A stretch of 63,258 nt of DNA, counting the filler, from Klebsormidium nitens (Eukaryota > Plantae > Klebsormidiophyceae), in assembly GCA_000708835.1 (NCBI GenBank). It is 4 parts of 4 records of this genome, joined end to end, with 100 filler letters (N's around TTAATTAATTAA, not from the genome) between each part and the next. Parts side by side here need not be neighbours in the genome. Positions count along the whole stretch, not along the records: positions 1 to 27,038 come from DF237752.1; 3 more parts are not named here. The stretch is one strand, 5' to 3'. The position numbers and the translations under genes are program-made. Of this stretch, positions 13,401-26,871 are shown piece after piece; within the stretch, counting starts at the first letter, position 1; each line of letters starts with the position of its first letter. The notes beneath the pieces are model-generated. The model searched no databases and was not told where the DNA came from. It was given only the letters and a program-made list of their open reading frames with translations.

Positions 13401-16044
13401 AGATTGCAGCAATGGACGCACAAACAGAGCAGGTCGACGACCTGTGCAAGGCGATGCGCAAGGCGTTCTCATCCAAGGGGCCCCTGCAACTGAGTTTCCT
13501 GTACCTGCCAACCGGAGTCTTTGCCAAGACCTGGGAGGAGCTGTTCGGACTACTCGAAATGCTGACCAAGAACTGGGACGGGTGGAGTCGTTTCGAGAAG
13601 GTCCGCAAATCACCCTTAGCCGGCGTCTCTTGCATCTTGCTATGAAGGAACGGGTTACCTTGTGTGGACTTTCTCGACCACTTACGCTTTTCAGTCGTTT
13701 GTGAGCCTTGGATGGTTGCGTTGTGCGCAACATGACGGCTTATGATTTCTGGTCGCCAGTCCTGATCGCGAACTGATTGGTCTGGACTGGCCCCGCTTGC
13801 TGTGAGGTTTTCTTTGATTACCAGTGCCCTTGCTGTCTGTGGTGACTGCTTGTGCTTCTCGCTTCACCTAGTTATCTGCAGATTGTTTTGGTACGGCCTC
13901 CTCAATTGCAACGTGTCTCAATGATTGTATTGTGGGAGTGACTGGCTCCAAAAAGAATGTTGACGTTCCCAGCATATGGAATCTAAGGAGGGACATGTTT
14001 CTTACTTCGGACATCTCATGGAGGTCCTCTGTTGTCATGATACTTATATTTACGATTGTCTGGATGCTCTCTCTCGTTTGCAGCTGAAGCCTGATTGGAC
14101 AGCTGAGTCCGTGAAGGATATGCAGCTGGGAATCTACGGCATGGAAGCGGCGCTTTACTCGAAGAAGAAACGGGAGGCCGAGAGATGCGAGGCCATGCAG
14201 CAGCTGAAGGATGCGTTGAGAGCACGCGGGATTGCGGAAGAGAATGTCGAGGTGCTGGCGAAGTCTGTGGAGGCCACGGAGCCCCCATGGAATGCTTGGG
14301 AGGGTATCGATAGGCGGAAGGCGTTTGATGCGGCAAAGCGAGCCGTGCTTGCTGCTGGTGAGCTCGGACTACTTTTTCGGTTAGATGACGATGTCGAAAA
14401 GCGTGTGATGCAGGATGTTGGCCAGCGTAGGCACCACACGATAATGACAGTGTTGGATCCGTCATGGCGACTTGTACGTCTTCAAATGGAGGCTGTGAGC
14501 AACCGAATTGAAGGCGCTATGTGGGCCTGCTTGCTTCTTGCTGCTCTTCAGTTCGAGGTTTGCAATCAAGGAGTGTTCACTAAGCTGGCGGACATCTCCG
14601 CTTGGTCAAGGTTTTATGATTTTTTCCTCTGGTCTCCTTCTCTTCTGCAGTCCCCTTCTCTTCTGCAGTCCCCTTCTCGTCTGTCGTCTCTTCGCTTCCG
14701 AGTCTTTCTAAACCGGCTCCTCTCCTGCCCCCCATCTCTTCCGACCCGTTTCTGCCGGCGTCTCGCCTGCAATGCTCTCTGCCGTTTCGTCGACCTTCTC
14801 TTTCTTGCCCCTTTTCGTAGGCGCTGCTTCTGTTTCGACAACCCCCTTTGCTGTTGCGTTCCGCTTCCTTTCCCCTTTTGCCCCGGTCCTCCTTGGGCTC
14901 CCCCCCTCAGATACCCCCTTCCCTACACCCCCTCCCCTGTCTCTTTTCTGAAATTTCCCGTTTGTCAATTTTCAGGCGACCAATTCCTCGAAGCCAAAGA
15001 GACCTTCGTGCCCCTAGAGCCAGTGCCTCCAACCTGGGACCTGGGACTGGACGGGACGTGTGTCCAAGCTGCAGAGACGGACCCCGCGTCGAGCCAGCAG
15101 CTCGTGAGGGCACGGGTCATTTTCAAACAGGCGATCAACCTGGTGGCGCAAGTGCTCAGAGGCGACTTCACCATTGAGGAGCTGCAGACACTGGCACTGA
15201 AGCAGCTGCCCCGCCGGCCGTTCCTTATCGACCTCGTCGAGCACCCAATCAATAGGCAATGTAAGTCAGTCTGCAGAGTCAGTCTGCTTTCAGAGGCATG
15301 ATTCTTCTTCACCGACTGATTTCTGCAACCGTGAGACGCCTTTACAGGTATGAACTTCCAGTTACCTGCTCGAAAACTGGTTTCGCCGTGATTCTACGAA
15401 CCTGCAGATGAGCTCTCTTTCTTTTTCCTGTTTCCGGTGACAGACCTTCACCATGCAAATACTTTATCCACTTCCTGGGCAGCCGGGCTTGCTGTGTTCG
15501 TTTCTTTGATGGAGATCATTCAGTAATGTATGCAGGGCAATTTATAGCAATCGGTTCCGGGGAAGATTTGAGTATTCGGTTATGAAATGGCCAACTTGGT
15601 TTTTTTTTGTAGGCGAAGCGGAGATGTACGAGCTTGCGCGGCAGCAGAACACGGCTCGCTGCCAAATCGGACCAATCGGTAAGGGTCTGTTCCTCTGAGC
15701 AAGTTGCATGCAGAGTTTCTGCAAAGTCGTACTTGGTGAATTGAAGATGCCTGAAAGCGCATTATTCACGTGGAAGGCTTCACGTTGCCGGGACAGCCAT
15801 CTCATGATCTGCCTAACCCTTCTGTCTGTTGCATTTTGCGAATGCAGTCGACCTCTTTGAGACTTACAACATCGGCGGACCGTTCCCCAACCTCGACGGC
15901 AGAAAATTACATGTGCTCAGGGTAGAGTGTGTCGTCCCCGACGTCTCAAAAAAGAAGATTGCCGAACTTGCCGTAGCTGAACTCGTGACCAAATTAGAGG
16001 ACTGTGGTGCATTTGGCCGAGTCGCTTTGACAGACGACTTGTAG
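10447..16044 (+). CDS. Uncharacterised multi-exon protein, ~12 exons, ~750 aa
   Basis: Exons 10447-10655, 10847-~11163, 11257-11405, 11630-11801, 12212-12361, 12654-12803, 12944-13015, 13370-13600, 14084-14357, 14976-15260, 15613-15678, 15848-16044. Exons 3-12 are all GT-AG, open and phase-consistent. The exon 2/3 junction is off by one base. No domain recognised. Confidence 0.72.
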
Positions 16045-17404
16045 TGAACACATCGCTTGGGTCAAGATTTCAGCTGGTAGTTCTTCTTGATATCACAAGT
16101 AGCTCATGATCGGCTTTCAAGAAGTCTGACGTGCTTCGAGACTGACCTTGATCATGGGCAGCAAGTTGCAAAACTGACTGTTCTTCCTTGGGCCAGAATT
16201 GAGCAGGGATGAGAAACCCGTCGTTTGTATGAAGGTTGTCAGCTGTGTTTTGTCATCGTGTTCTCTTACTCGTTTTACTCGTTGACAGTGAAGTAAAGTG
16301 CAGCTGCCTGCCCTCGCCTCGGATTCTGTCCCACTGAAAATTCGGTTTTAATGATCTGGGGTGTGCATACATAAGCCCGCAGGCCGGCCATTCAGATTCA
16401 GGCGGGAACTGCAGTACATACTTTGAACATTGCATCCAATACTCATTGTACCCCGGTCTCACCGAAGCGTTGCCCGATGGCTCAGTGGGGCTCGGGGTTT
16501 ATAACAATAAGTGACCATCTGGGGCGCCAGACCTGTCTTTGTTATCGATGGTCCATTCTCAAAGAGGGTGTCGTGGTGGCGTGCACGCTGCAGCGACCAA
16601 CTGTAGATAACGCTTGACTCTGAAATGGAATCGATGGTCGCTTCTTCAGGTTTCATGACGTCGAAAGGCCGATTGTACGCAGGAATAGTCACTATTGTGA
16701 CATTAGAACGTATGCAACCGCCAACGCCCACTTTGAATACGCCCAACATGGGCCGTGAGCTTTTGAAGGCAGTGAAGCATCTGAGGACATTGTGTTTCTT
16801 TATCGTTCAATTTAGTTTCACATGGCGCTGGCGCTTAGTTAGTGAGTATTCGACCGTAAGTCGGCAGGAACTTCTGCTCGGTCGGACAGTAAAAAACCAA
16901 TTGGCGGCCATCTGTAGGCGCGTAGTACATAGATTTGAACGCAATCATTGAATTAGTGAAGGAAAGCTACGACTCGCTGAGCCTTTGAATACATGTACTG
17001 CGTATATGTAGTGCTCACGAAGTTGCATTGAGCTGGTTTTGTTGAACTGCTGCATTGTCATCCATGAATATGATCGTATGTAAATCAACATGGCAGTACA
17101 CAATTAACATTCTTGTCAAACATGCAATCATTGCTTGCAACATAGAAATCGCCTTTTATAAGCACTTGAAATCCTGATGGCACATTTGTTTGATTCGCAA
17201 GCAGGGACGGCCATCCCACCCATTATCCTGAAAATGTTGTAAGTGACAGTGCCAACCAGTCAAAACCTGCCTCGAAATACAAGCGTACCAAGTGACAATG
17301 GCACAACTTCTGGCTCGCGAGCAAGAAGCATTGTAGACCAGTAGTTCTGAAATTCGACTCTCCTTTGTAAGGCTCCAGCCTCTACAATAGCCAAACATAT
17401 TGAC

Positions 17405-17470
17405 AGGTATGGTCAGGGATAAGCCGGGAGACTTGGACCAAACTCCTGTCTGTCCTGTCTTAACCTGTCC
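17405..17470. repeat. Copy of the 9335-type dispersed repeat
   Basis: GGTATGGTCAGGGATAAGCCGGGAGACTTGGACCAAACTCCTGTCTGTCCTGTCT is nearly identical to 9335-9400. Confidence 0.8.
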
Positions 17471-17824
17471 GGATACCCGTAAATGAAAATGGAAACCTTA
17501 CATTGGTCGAAGTAGGCTACGTGGTTTGCATAGAAGTTCAAGGGTTTGTAAGTTCAAGTCTGGAGTCTGGACTGCATGGTATTCCAATGGGTCTAGGGTT
17601 TGGTCTGGGTTTGGGTTTGCAGTAAACTATCAATTCGAGTTTTCACTTGATAGTAACTAGTTGCGGAATCTCCTGAGATAAGTTGTTCGGTCGACTTGGT
17701 ACCCCCGGTAATGGTCATGCTGGGGTACGTGGCGCGATGCGATTCGAGGACTAAAAGCGGATCATTACCGGCCTACATCGTTTAGTAATAAGGTTTCAAA
17801 TCACAAAATATTCTCATATTTCCA

Positions 17825-17900
17825 AGGATGGTCGGGATAGGTCGGGACTCGGGAGACCGGCACAATTCTTCTGTCTGTCCTGTCTACCTGTCTGTGGGCT
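17825..17900. repeat. Diverged copy of the 9335-type dispersed repeat
   Basis: GGATGGTCGGGATAGGTCGGGACTCGGGAGACC...TGTCTGTCCTGTCTACCTGTCTG. Confidence 0.65.
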
Positions 17901-20109
17901 CAGTAAATTACAACTCAACTGATATATTTGCTGAGATGATACGTAACAAACCAGGCCGAAACTTCGTATATATTGACCCAGATGGTCGAGACTCGAAGCT
18001 CACGGGAAGCTCAGGCTTGCCATGGAGCCCCAACTTCAGCTCTAGATAGCTCCCAAAGCAGGTATGTTGCCATTAGTGATATCTAGCAGGTTAGAGCAGA
18101 TCGGCTAGAAGCTGCTGTTATATAAGGCAGCTCAAACTCAGGACCGAGTGCAATGGCGCAGCGCGGCATTCTGCTGCGAGTGTGGGGCATCGGGCCCGCT
18201 AGCTGCTGGCGGGTGCAGGGAATGGCGCAGCGCGTGGGGCAGCGCAGCAATTTGCAGCTGCCTTTTGGGATGTTTGTGCAAGGTCGCATTGGCGGGGAGT
18301 TACGAGCGGCGGCAATCTGTGGCACATGGCCAGGCGAGCTGCAGCAGACTGTGGCTGGTTTGGTGAGCTGGCAGTGGCAGGCGGCGGCATGGGCGGGCAA
18401 GCTGCGGCGGGTGCCAGGGGTGAGCTGGCGATGGCAAGCGGTGGCGCAAAGCGGCGCGCATTGAATGGCGCCCCAAGCCACCTGCATGTTTGCCAAGTGG
18501 CAAGGATCCTATTCAGCTTCCAGGAACTTTCAAGACTCTTCTGCTTAGGAGAAGAGAGGAGCTTAGGGCAGCTGCAGAACATCTTCAAGGTGTGAAGCAT
18601 GCAAGAAGAGCGCCGCACTCTTGCAAGTGGCAGGTGGTAGGTGAGTCCATAAACCCTCCCCCACTGTTTTGTTTTGGGTGCGCATGTGCTCGTTTTGATA
18701 TGTCTGATTTGACACAGCACACGCGCAAAGAAGTGCTGGTGATTCCCAGCCCTGTTGCAGTGGTGCGTGGTGAGTTTTCTTGAGCAGCGGCGTTGCTCGC
18801 TCATGCATGTATCGATGAGCCGCTTGCAGGATAAGCCTGACTTGATGCTTCTTTTTTTTCACCTTGCAAACGGTTCGGGAATTCACCAGACAAGAAACTT
18901 TAGTCCAGAGCCTCTGTGCATCTTGATCATTCTTAGACATCCCCAGCTGACAAAATTTTGATGGTCATTCTTGTTTTGTGTGAGTATCGGAGACAGAAGC
19001 CATGATTCCCAGGGGCAGCAGCTGTGTACTGGCGCTCATGACTAGATGCTCAGATCGTGCACACACGATTGGGAGCTAATCAATGTCAACTCAAAGACTC
19101 AGTCTGAACTTGCAGCATTCGACCTCTCCACATCCTCTTGACATCATCGGAGCTGGAGTGATCGGAGAGTCGCGCAAGAGGACCTGATGAAGCAATCAAC
19201 GCAGAAGGGTACTCCCGGTTGCTCCGCAGCAAGTCCTGCTGACTACCGAGGTATGGCCCCCTGAGTCCCTCGCTTCTGTAATGACAAGAAGGTTTCAAGT
19301 GGCCGCTCTTCCCCTGCAATTTCCTTCCTGGAAAATCTTGCAGATGCGCCTCTTTCAGTTTCTCTTGCCATACAGCGCTTCAAGGTCTACTCACGGCATC
19401 TTGCGTAAGCTTCTGCTTGTGCAGAGTCTGGCTTTATCACAAAAAAGTGGAGGTTGACCTCTGCAACCACCCTGCAACTGTTCGGCTTTCTGTACTTCTA
19501 TTGATGCTCATTGCAGCGGCTGCAGTTCCAACATGAAAGCCTCCAGATACCTATGCCGATCACCGACGCACATGTTCGTGCTGCATTATTGAGCAAGAGT
19601 CTGCGGTCAGCCAAAGCTGGTGCGTCTTTGGTGAGCTTGCTTGGTTAACTGACGGTATGTGCAAACTTCCCGTGCATGCAACAAGTAAAACTCAGGCCCC
19701 GCATTTCGCTCCTCAGGGACTCGTTCCAGTGTGACGGGGACTCGTTCGATTGCGACGGGGACTCCCGGGACTCGTTCCAGTGTGACGGCAGGATGACTTG
19801 CCGCACGCTCTCATCAGTGAGTAGCCCCTGCTTGAGCTGGACTCATGAGCAACCTGCCGACTCTAGTGTCAAGTTCGACTGGATTCTGTTGTCAATAGTC
19901 TCTGAAGCAATCAACTCACCAAGTTTAGCTCTGTCTCATTCCAGATAGGATGTAAAGAAGAGAGTTGACAATGAAGCAAGCCTGATGGCTGCGATGGTTC
20001 ATGTCACTGGGCTTTTCATCTCTTATGAGGAAGTTGGATCAATGAACTTGAGAAAGTGATGCATGCATGCCTAGATCATTAAAGCTAATCAGCGCACTTG
20101 CTGTTTGCA

Positions 20110-21990
20110 GGTCAGGAGGGAGGGCAGCATGCAGGATTTGAACAGAGACGGTGCCGCTGCAGAGCATGAGCAGTCAGTGTGGAAAAAGGGGGGCACTGGA
20201 AGACCAGACTTTGCAGAAGAGCTGCTTCCTACTGATGAAGAGATGCTCGAGAAGGATCTGTCTGAGTCGGACACCCTTGGCCTTGTGAGTCCCAAGCTAG
20301 GATGAAATTTTAGTTGCAAACTAGGATGAAATTTTAGTTGTGTGAGTTGCTCTCATGAAGCGCACTCCCTCATTGCTGCTTTTACTCAACTCTCACTCTT
20401 TGCAAGAAGGGGGTTCAGGCTTCAGGATGAATGCTTCAGTCGATGCAGCGCTTACATGCATGTTGCGCAAGTCTCGAGCATCGTTGGCGCTGTCAACTTA
20501 GGGCTCCCATGATGCGACTTTTGCAGGAATTAGAGGAAGGGGGCAATGCTGCAGGATTGCTTGATGCTGTAGCTGGTTTACCATCCAGCGACGAAATGAT
20601 GGTGAGGACAAACAAAACCCTAGTGAAGAAAGCTTTAAGCTTCAGTGATCGAATTGCATGGCTTGCCTTCTGGGTGTAGACATGCAACGCTCTTCCTCAA
20701 CTTCAAAATCTGGCTCTTCGAAACGAGTTTGTGGGCTTGCACTTTATCTATCGACGGCAGCGTGTGCACTTTCATTCTTGTGCTCACTCCAAATGTTCCT
20801 GCTCTCTTGGGCACCCACTCATCACGTCTGATTTGTCGGTGAGCAGCTGAGGGAGGAATATAGGCCAACAAGCCCAGTCTACTCCAGCATAGCCTTGCCC
20901 GAGGAAGATGAAGTTCGGGCACCCAACAAGAAGCGGCCGCACGCTGTAGCTTCTAGTGACGCCGTTCCTGAGCCCGAGGAGCAGCGAAGCACATCAAGAG
21001 GGCAGCGCCGCACCAAAATGTCTTTACAGCCGGTCACAAGCTTATAACCAATAATCACCCTCAACAACCAAGCTCTATGGAAGAAGGCAACCCAGACTTG
21101 GCATGTCCCTTCATGCCACCACCTCTCTGCAGGCATCTCTTTGGTATGGATCGCGGGAGCCAGCTGGACGAGGACACCTATCTCAAGAGGTGTCGCTTTG
21201 TTTCAGGTGTTGTCATGGGAAGTGGTCGGGAGTTGAAGCATCACATAGACCGCCTACAGTTCAATCAAACCTTTTGGCCTGACTGGCAAGCTCTCTATGC
21301 GGAGTTCCACAGAAACGGAGGCTTTGAAGACCCTGAGTGACCCGTGTACGACTCTCTTTGACGGCGCGCTCAGCTTCATAAGATTCAACAAGGACGGGAG
21401 ACAGGTGAGGCAAATGGAGACATCAAAGGCGTTTTACAAGCCAGGCCGGCCGCAGTTGCTTGGGAGGGACGCTCGTAAGGCGCGGGGTAAGCCTAGAAAG
21501 AGGCAAAGGAGTCTTGAGGAGTAGTGCACATATTCCAAAATTGCTCAAGAACCCACCGATCAGCAAGCAGGAGTCGTAGAGCTCCTGTCCATAAAAAAAT
21601 TACCGCACCTGAGATGCACCAAAACTGGTTGCTCGAGGCCGTTCGTTGACCTCCAGGGGCTGGCCAGGGAAAGTAGGGCAGCTCTGTTTCGTTCCCACTG
21701 CCGCTGGCTCATCGACCGGCATGGGGCTTGGAAGGGTGTCGCACGTCGCTGGTTGCTGCAGCGAGCAGACAATATTGGCGGAGTCAGTTCGAAGAACTTT
21801 GTAAAGCTGCGCAAGAAAGCATTGAAGGCTTGCCAGCATTATCCAGTACTCAGTCACACACACATGTGCCTGCTGCTCGAGAGATGCACATGTCTGCAAT
21901 GTCTCTCATGTCAAACAAGGAAGTTGATGCAATAAGATTTAGGGGAAACGATTTTTGCATGGGCGCTGCTCAACCACATGCTGCAGCGGT
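20110..21990 (+). pseudogene. Series of exon-like segments of an unknown, probably decayed gene
   Basis: Open segments flanked by tgcag acceptors and gtgag/gtaag donors at ~20110-20283, ~20527-20601, ~21132-21404 (frame break near 21335) and ~21760-21988. No family recognised. Confidence 0.3.
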
Positions 21991-22128
21991 AAGCGATCAA
22001 CGAACTTGAAGAATTACAGCAAAATCCTACTGCTCACCACATGGATACGTGTCTGTCCTGTCTGTCCTGTCAATTAAGCTAGGTGCTGCGCGGGTCGATT
22101 AAAGCCCTCCCCTAAATATGATCGATCC

Positions 22129-25100
22129 ATGAGGCCACGCGGCTTGCAGGAAGGGGGGTTACACGGCCTCCACGACCCGAGTCAATTCGACGCCTTCCTC
22201 CGTAAGCGTAGGGCAGAGGAGGCAGCGAGGTCGGAGAGAGGCGCCTCTCAATCCGTGCAACCGCTTGAAGTGGCGCCCCCCAGCGATGCTTTAATGGAGA
22301 GCCCCACACCTCTTCCGGCTGCAGCGGAATCCCCTCCCAGCATGGGAGACGCTGCGAGCGGTGAGCGCTGTGTCCAGAGGTCGGAGGAACCTCGGACGGA
22401 CCAGAATACAGGGGGCGGTGCCGCGAACTCGGGTGGCGCCGATGTCTCGATGCGCGACCCCCCGCTGCAGCATGCCAACGAGCAGTGGGAGTGGGAGATG
22501 TTCGGGCCTCCACTGCCGCCTGACGATGATGGTGACCTGGGTTGGGACTTGGAGGACGAGTTCGAGGACAAGTGTACGATCACAGTGTATCCCGGAAGGA
22601 AGTCCGACCCGGTGAGCAGAATCTGGCACAGATACGACTTTCGCTTCTTTTTGAGAGCTCGGATACATTGTGCAGCAGAGGTCCTTGGGAGAAACATAAC
22701 TTGACTGTCGAATCGCCCTGCCTCGATTTGCGGCCGTCTTTTTTCCAACACAGCATTGCTCCTCTCCTGGCCGAGAAGACAGGAGGACATGACAGACAGG
22801 AGAACATGCTGCTTGACGAAACACCCGGTTGTTGTTGCGATCAATTTCAACCCTGCTCATCAGAACCCCCAGCTTGTGAATGTAGTGTGAACACTGCCCA
22901 TCGAACTTTTGTTTCCTATCAGGTGCAAGACGAGGGTGTGGAGGGAGAGGTCCAGCCTGGACGACCTACATCACCAGAAGCGGGGTCATGCAACAGGGGA
23001 GCAAACGGGGAGGTTTCTGGCGGCAATAGAGAAGAGGTGAGACATATTTCTCTTGTGCTCATGGCAGACAGGAGCGACAGGACAGACACGTGTTCCTTCC
23101 GTCGCCGTGCAACTAGCTCCAGATGGCGCGCCCCAACAATTGCTTGAATGCAACAATTTCTGAGCCGGTTCATTTCGAGCCGATTGTAGGCAAAGTGCTT
23201 CAGTTGAAAAGGTTTGAAACGGAAAAGACTATTGGTCCAATCATTTGACCAGGTGTAGGCCGGGTAGACCAGGTCTACCACTAAAAATCTAAAGAACGTG
23301 TTGAGGCTAGGCAGCCCTACCACTGTTCTTTTTCTTCGTTTAGATCGAAAGAAGGACGACCAGGCATGGCGCAACGTTGTTTGTTGCCACATGGGTAAGC
23401 AAATACAGGTTATGTATTTACTCCTGGACCGACAATATTCTTTTGAGCCATTCCCGCTTCATCCAACAGGAGGACGGATCAAGCAACGTTCCCCCTGCAA
23501 CAAAGAAGGTCCGGGCCGCGTCTGTTAAATCCGACGAGTGCAGCAACACGTCATGCGGTTCTGCGCCCATCACCATCACGGTGAGAACGAAATGCTGCCA
23601 GTGTATGATCACAGTTGGTCGTGACCACCGAGATTGCTGGCCAGGTCGGAGGGCCTTCAAAGCCTGTTGGTCAATGTACACGTTTCGATATCCTTCATTG
23701 ACTAATCACCCTTTTAAAAATGTGTACTGAAATTGATATTCTGTTCTGAACCGCTGTGGCAAGGCTGCCAAATTGGAGATTCTTTTGACATGTTGATTTC
23801 TGTACACGTTTTGATAGCGACCATTGGGTAATAAGCTGAGAATCAGCCCCTTCCAAAACGTGTACAGTGATCAATAAAGAGTTTTCGGTTGGTGTACATC
23901 TACCTTCACATCGTATTTGTTTTTTGCACTAGAGCGTTAGCAGATTGAAAGTGTCCCCTCGACGGCTTGCTTGCGGATGATTCCTAAATTGTTTTGTCGT
24001 TTAGGCTCGTGGCAGAACCTGGCCTTTTTATAAGCAACCCTGACAGACTCCTCTTCTCTTTTGATCAGATGGCAGCCGGCCAACTCCGTGCGCAGGGGTA
24101 CCTGGTCTTTTCGGTTGACATCACGTGGGATGAGGGCAAGCGCAAGAAGGCCGTCAGTTGGCCGTCCGGCTGGCCATCCACCACCTTGAACAGCGGCACC
24201 GTGCGCAACAGCGACAACGGCCTGGCGATCAACACGACCGCCTGCGATCTGCTTGGGTTGGACATTGATGTCCAGGACTCTGGCCTGGAGTCGTGGGAGG
24301 CGCTTCAGCGTGCGCATGGCACCAAAGACGCGCCCACCGTTCGGACCGGCAGTGGGGGGCTGCACTTGTACTACTCCCACAGCAAGAGCATTGCTGCCGG
24401 CCTCTCGGACAGTACACCTACCTCTTTCGTGAAGCTCTACCTGGAGCAAGAGGGCGGGGCGGTGTCAATGATTGGGGTCGACATGAGGGGCAAGGGGAAG
24501 TCGTCTTGTCTGATAGCTCCCGGGAGCAGTTACATGGACGCAACCGGTGCAAGGGTGGGGTACGAATTGACCAACGGGTCCGAGCTCCCCCCCGTGACCG
24601 ACCTGCCGCCCCTCCCAAGCTGGCTTATTGACCTCGTGAACCGGCGGGCGAGCTTAGAGGCGCTCTGGAAAGAACAAGAGCGTTGGCAGGCGGAGGGGAA
24701 GAAACGGGCGGTTGGGGCACGGGGCGGGGGGGCATCTGAGCCGGCCTCTGCATCCTCTGAGCCGGACCTGGCGTCCACCGAGCTCCAGCAAGAGGTGGTG
24801 AGAGCGCTCAAGGCGATGTTGTCGAAGTGGGGCGACAACACCTCCATCTTCCACGGTGCCAAGCCATCCTCGACTGGGGCAGGGGTCATCTACGACTTCA
24901 GGAATGCGCCTGGGGGGCGCAAGGCGTGCCCCTACTTTGCAGCAATGTGCGGGGGCGTGCACGACAGCAACAACTTTGGGCTTTGGCGGCGGGGCGCTGA
25001 AATCACCTACCTGTGCTATGGGGAGAGCTGCAAGACGGTCTCTAGGACGAGCGCCATCCGTCTTGGCATGCTCCCCCTTCCAATCGCAGCAGCTTTTGGG

Positions 25101-26871
25101 GACAGCCAGCCGCTGAACAGCAAGAGGAACCATCTGTACTTGGACCGGACGTTGTTCCCGCTGTCATTCCTGCGAGACAACCTAAGCGTCATGAAAGGTA
25201 AGAAGACAGAGTAAGGTCGACAGCTTGCATTGAGGGTGCTGTCCTTGTTCAAGAATCACAAAGCATCTAGCAAGGCTTCAAGGCGTTTTTTTAACTGATG
25301 CTAAAGCCGTTGCCTTGTGTCTCATCGATCCTTTTTAGAATCTCGTGGAATATGCGCTAAGGTGGTGTCTCATGTCACGGACGTGTGTCGGCCCCCTTTT
25401 TTTGACAGAAAGTTTGACAACTTGTGGAAGTCCTAACTTTTTGGACACAATGTCAATTCCAACGGGTAGAGTTTTCCAACGGACTTCTCAAGGATTGCAT
25501 CTGCCGAGTGACTTGGTCATGTGCAGCATTCTGAAATTTCAGGACTTCTCCCGCTGTGCCGCATCCCTGGTTGAGTCTAATTTGAATCCAAAAACAATGA
25601 TCCAATTGTACGGAACTTTTCTTGTTTCAGACCATTGTGTGCAAACCAGGGCCTCACAAGCTGTGACTTTCAGTGTTAGCCAAAGCTGCATGGGACCAAG
25701 TAGCTCGGCATTTGGTCGTGCCTCTCCTGTTTTTTGCCGTCTGCTTTGTGCTCATTCATCCCCAGTATGGTTGCAGGAGACGTGGGATGCGCCATCATCC
25801 TTGAGCGGCTCTACTTCCGAACCGGACTGAAGTTTGCATTTACTGCTTCGGGCTCCTACTACTGGAACGGCCGCTGCTGGGCAAAGGATGAGAGTGGGGG
25901 CCGAATCATGCGCGTGCTCCGAGAGGAGCTAGCCAAAATTCAGACTGCGTATGTGCGCGACTCTCAGAGGGGGAGCGAAAAGAAGGGGTCTGTAGGCGGC
26001 TTGGAGATTGGCGAGTTTGATTCTGAGGAGGGGGGCGAGGATGCGGAGGGGGATCTCCCAACCATCTCGGATATGTTGGGGGTTGGGTTGAAGAGGGGAG
26101 GGAAGGAGAAGCTCGTGAACGTGAACTTCAATGCAAAAATGTCGAACGTTGTGAGCACGTGCAAGGAGTACTTCTTTCAGGCCGACTTCAAGGCCCTGTT
26201 GGACGTGCAGAAGGACTTTTGGGCTACTGCGAATGGCGTCATTGACCTTCGTTCCGGGGCATTGCTCCCCCATCATCCTCGGGTGAGCACTCTCTAACCA
26301 GAATGCTTGCTTGCAGCTCGAGAAAGCCCAAAAGCAAGAAGTGGTGTATGTGCTGTCTGTCGTGTCTGCTGGTCAGGTGCGGCTCCCACGCACCTCACTT
26401 GCAGCTCGAGAATGTTTGAGTCAAGCATTGGTGTCTGTTGTGTTTAGCAGTCAAGTGCGGTCCCCACCTCTCACTTGCAACTCAAGAATGACCACATGCA
26501 AGAATTGGTGTCTGTCCTATCTGTTGTGTCTGGCGGTTGGGCACGGCTTTCTTCCGCCTCGCTTGCGGCTTGAGAATGCCCAAAGCGAGACTTGGTGTCT
26601 GTCGTGTCTGTTGTGTCAGACGGTTGTTTCTAAGCTGCAATGCTCTACTGCATACTTGGCATCTGAGTCTCTCCTCTCTCCTTTTTTGCAGTTTATGAAC
26701 AGCCAAGTGATTGACTGGCCATATCCTGCATGTGGGGTGTCCCATCCAAGGGGCGCGATGGTCCAGTTCCTCGAGGACATCATGCATCTTGCCGGCGAGG
26801 ATGGGCCGAGCGCGCTGGAGCATCTGCAGGTTCTACTGGGATATGGCTTGACAGGGCATACGAGCAATCAG
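22129..26871 (+). CDS. Spliced primase-helicase: Prim-Pol (AEP) domain, UL52/PrimPol-type Zn finger, D5_N. The SF3 helicase core is expected in the gap; the 3' end is incomplete.
   Basis: Core exons 24069-25197, 25777-26282, 26692-26871 are phase-consistent. AEP motifs LLGLDID, RTGSGGLHLYY, GVDMRG..LIAPGS. Zn motif CP..HDSNN..YLC..C. D5_N motifs LLDVQKDFWATANGVIDLRSGALLPH and LQVLLGYGLTGHTSNQ. Putative upstream phase-0 exons 22129-22611, 22923-23036, 23344-23394, 23470-23580 are less certain. Confidence 0.85.
26305..26625. repeat. Intronic tandem repeat, ~85 bp unit x4
   Basis: CTTGC(A/G)(G/A)CT(C/T)(G/A)AGAA...TGGTGTCTGT..TGTCTG recurs four times within the helicase intron. Confidence 0.75.

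Noticed and set aside
18083-18500. Several overlapping ORFs in a GC-rich GGC/GCA tract with weak inverted ends
   Set aside because: Low-complexity DNA lacks stops on all frames; the TIR is too degenerate to call.
19715-19790. GGGACTCGTTC(C/G)A.TG.GACGG repeated three times
   Set aside because: A short local duplication; I could not tie it to a coding exon or element.
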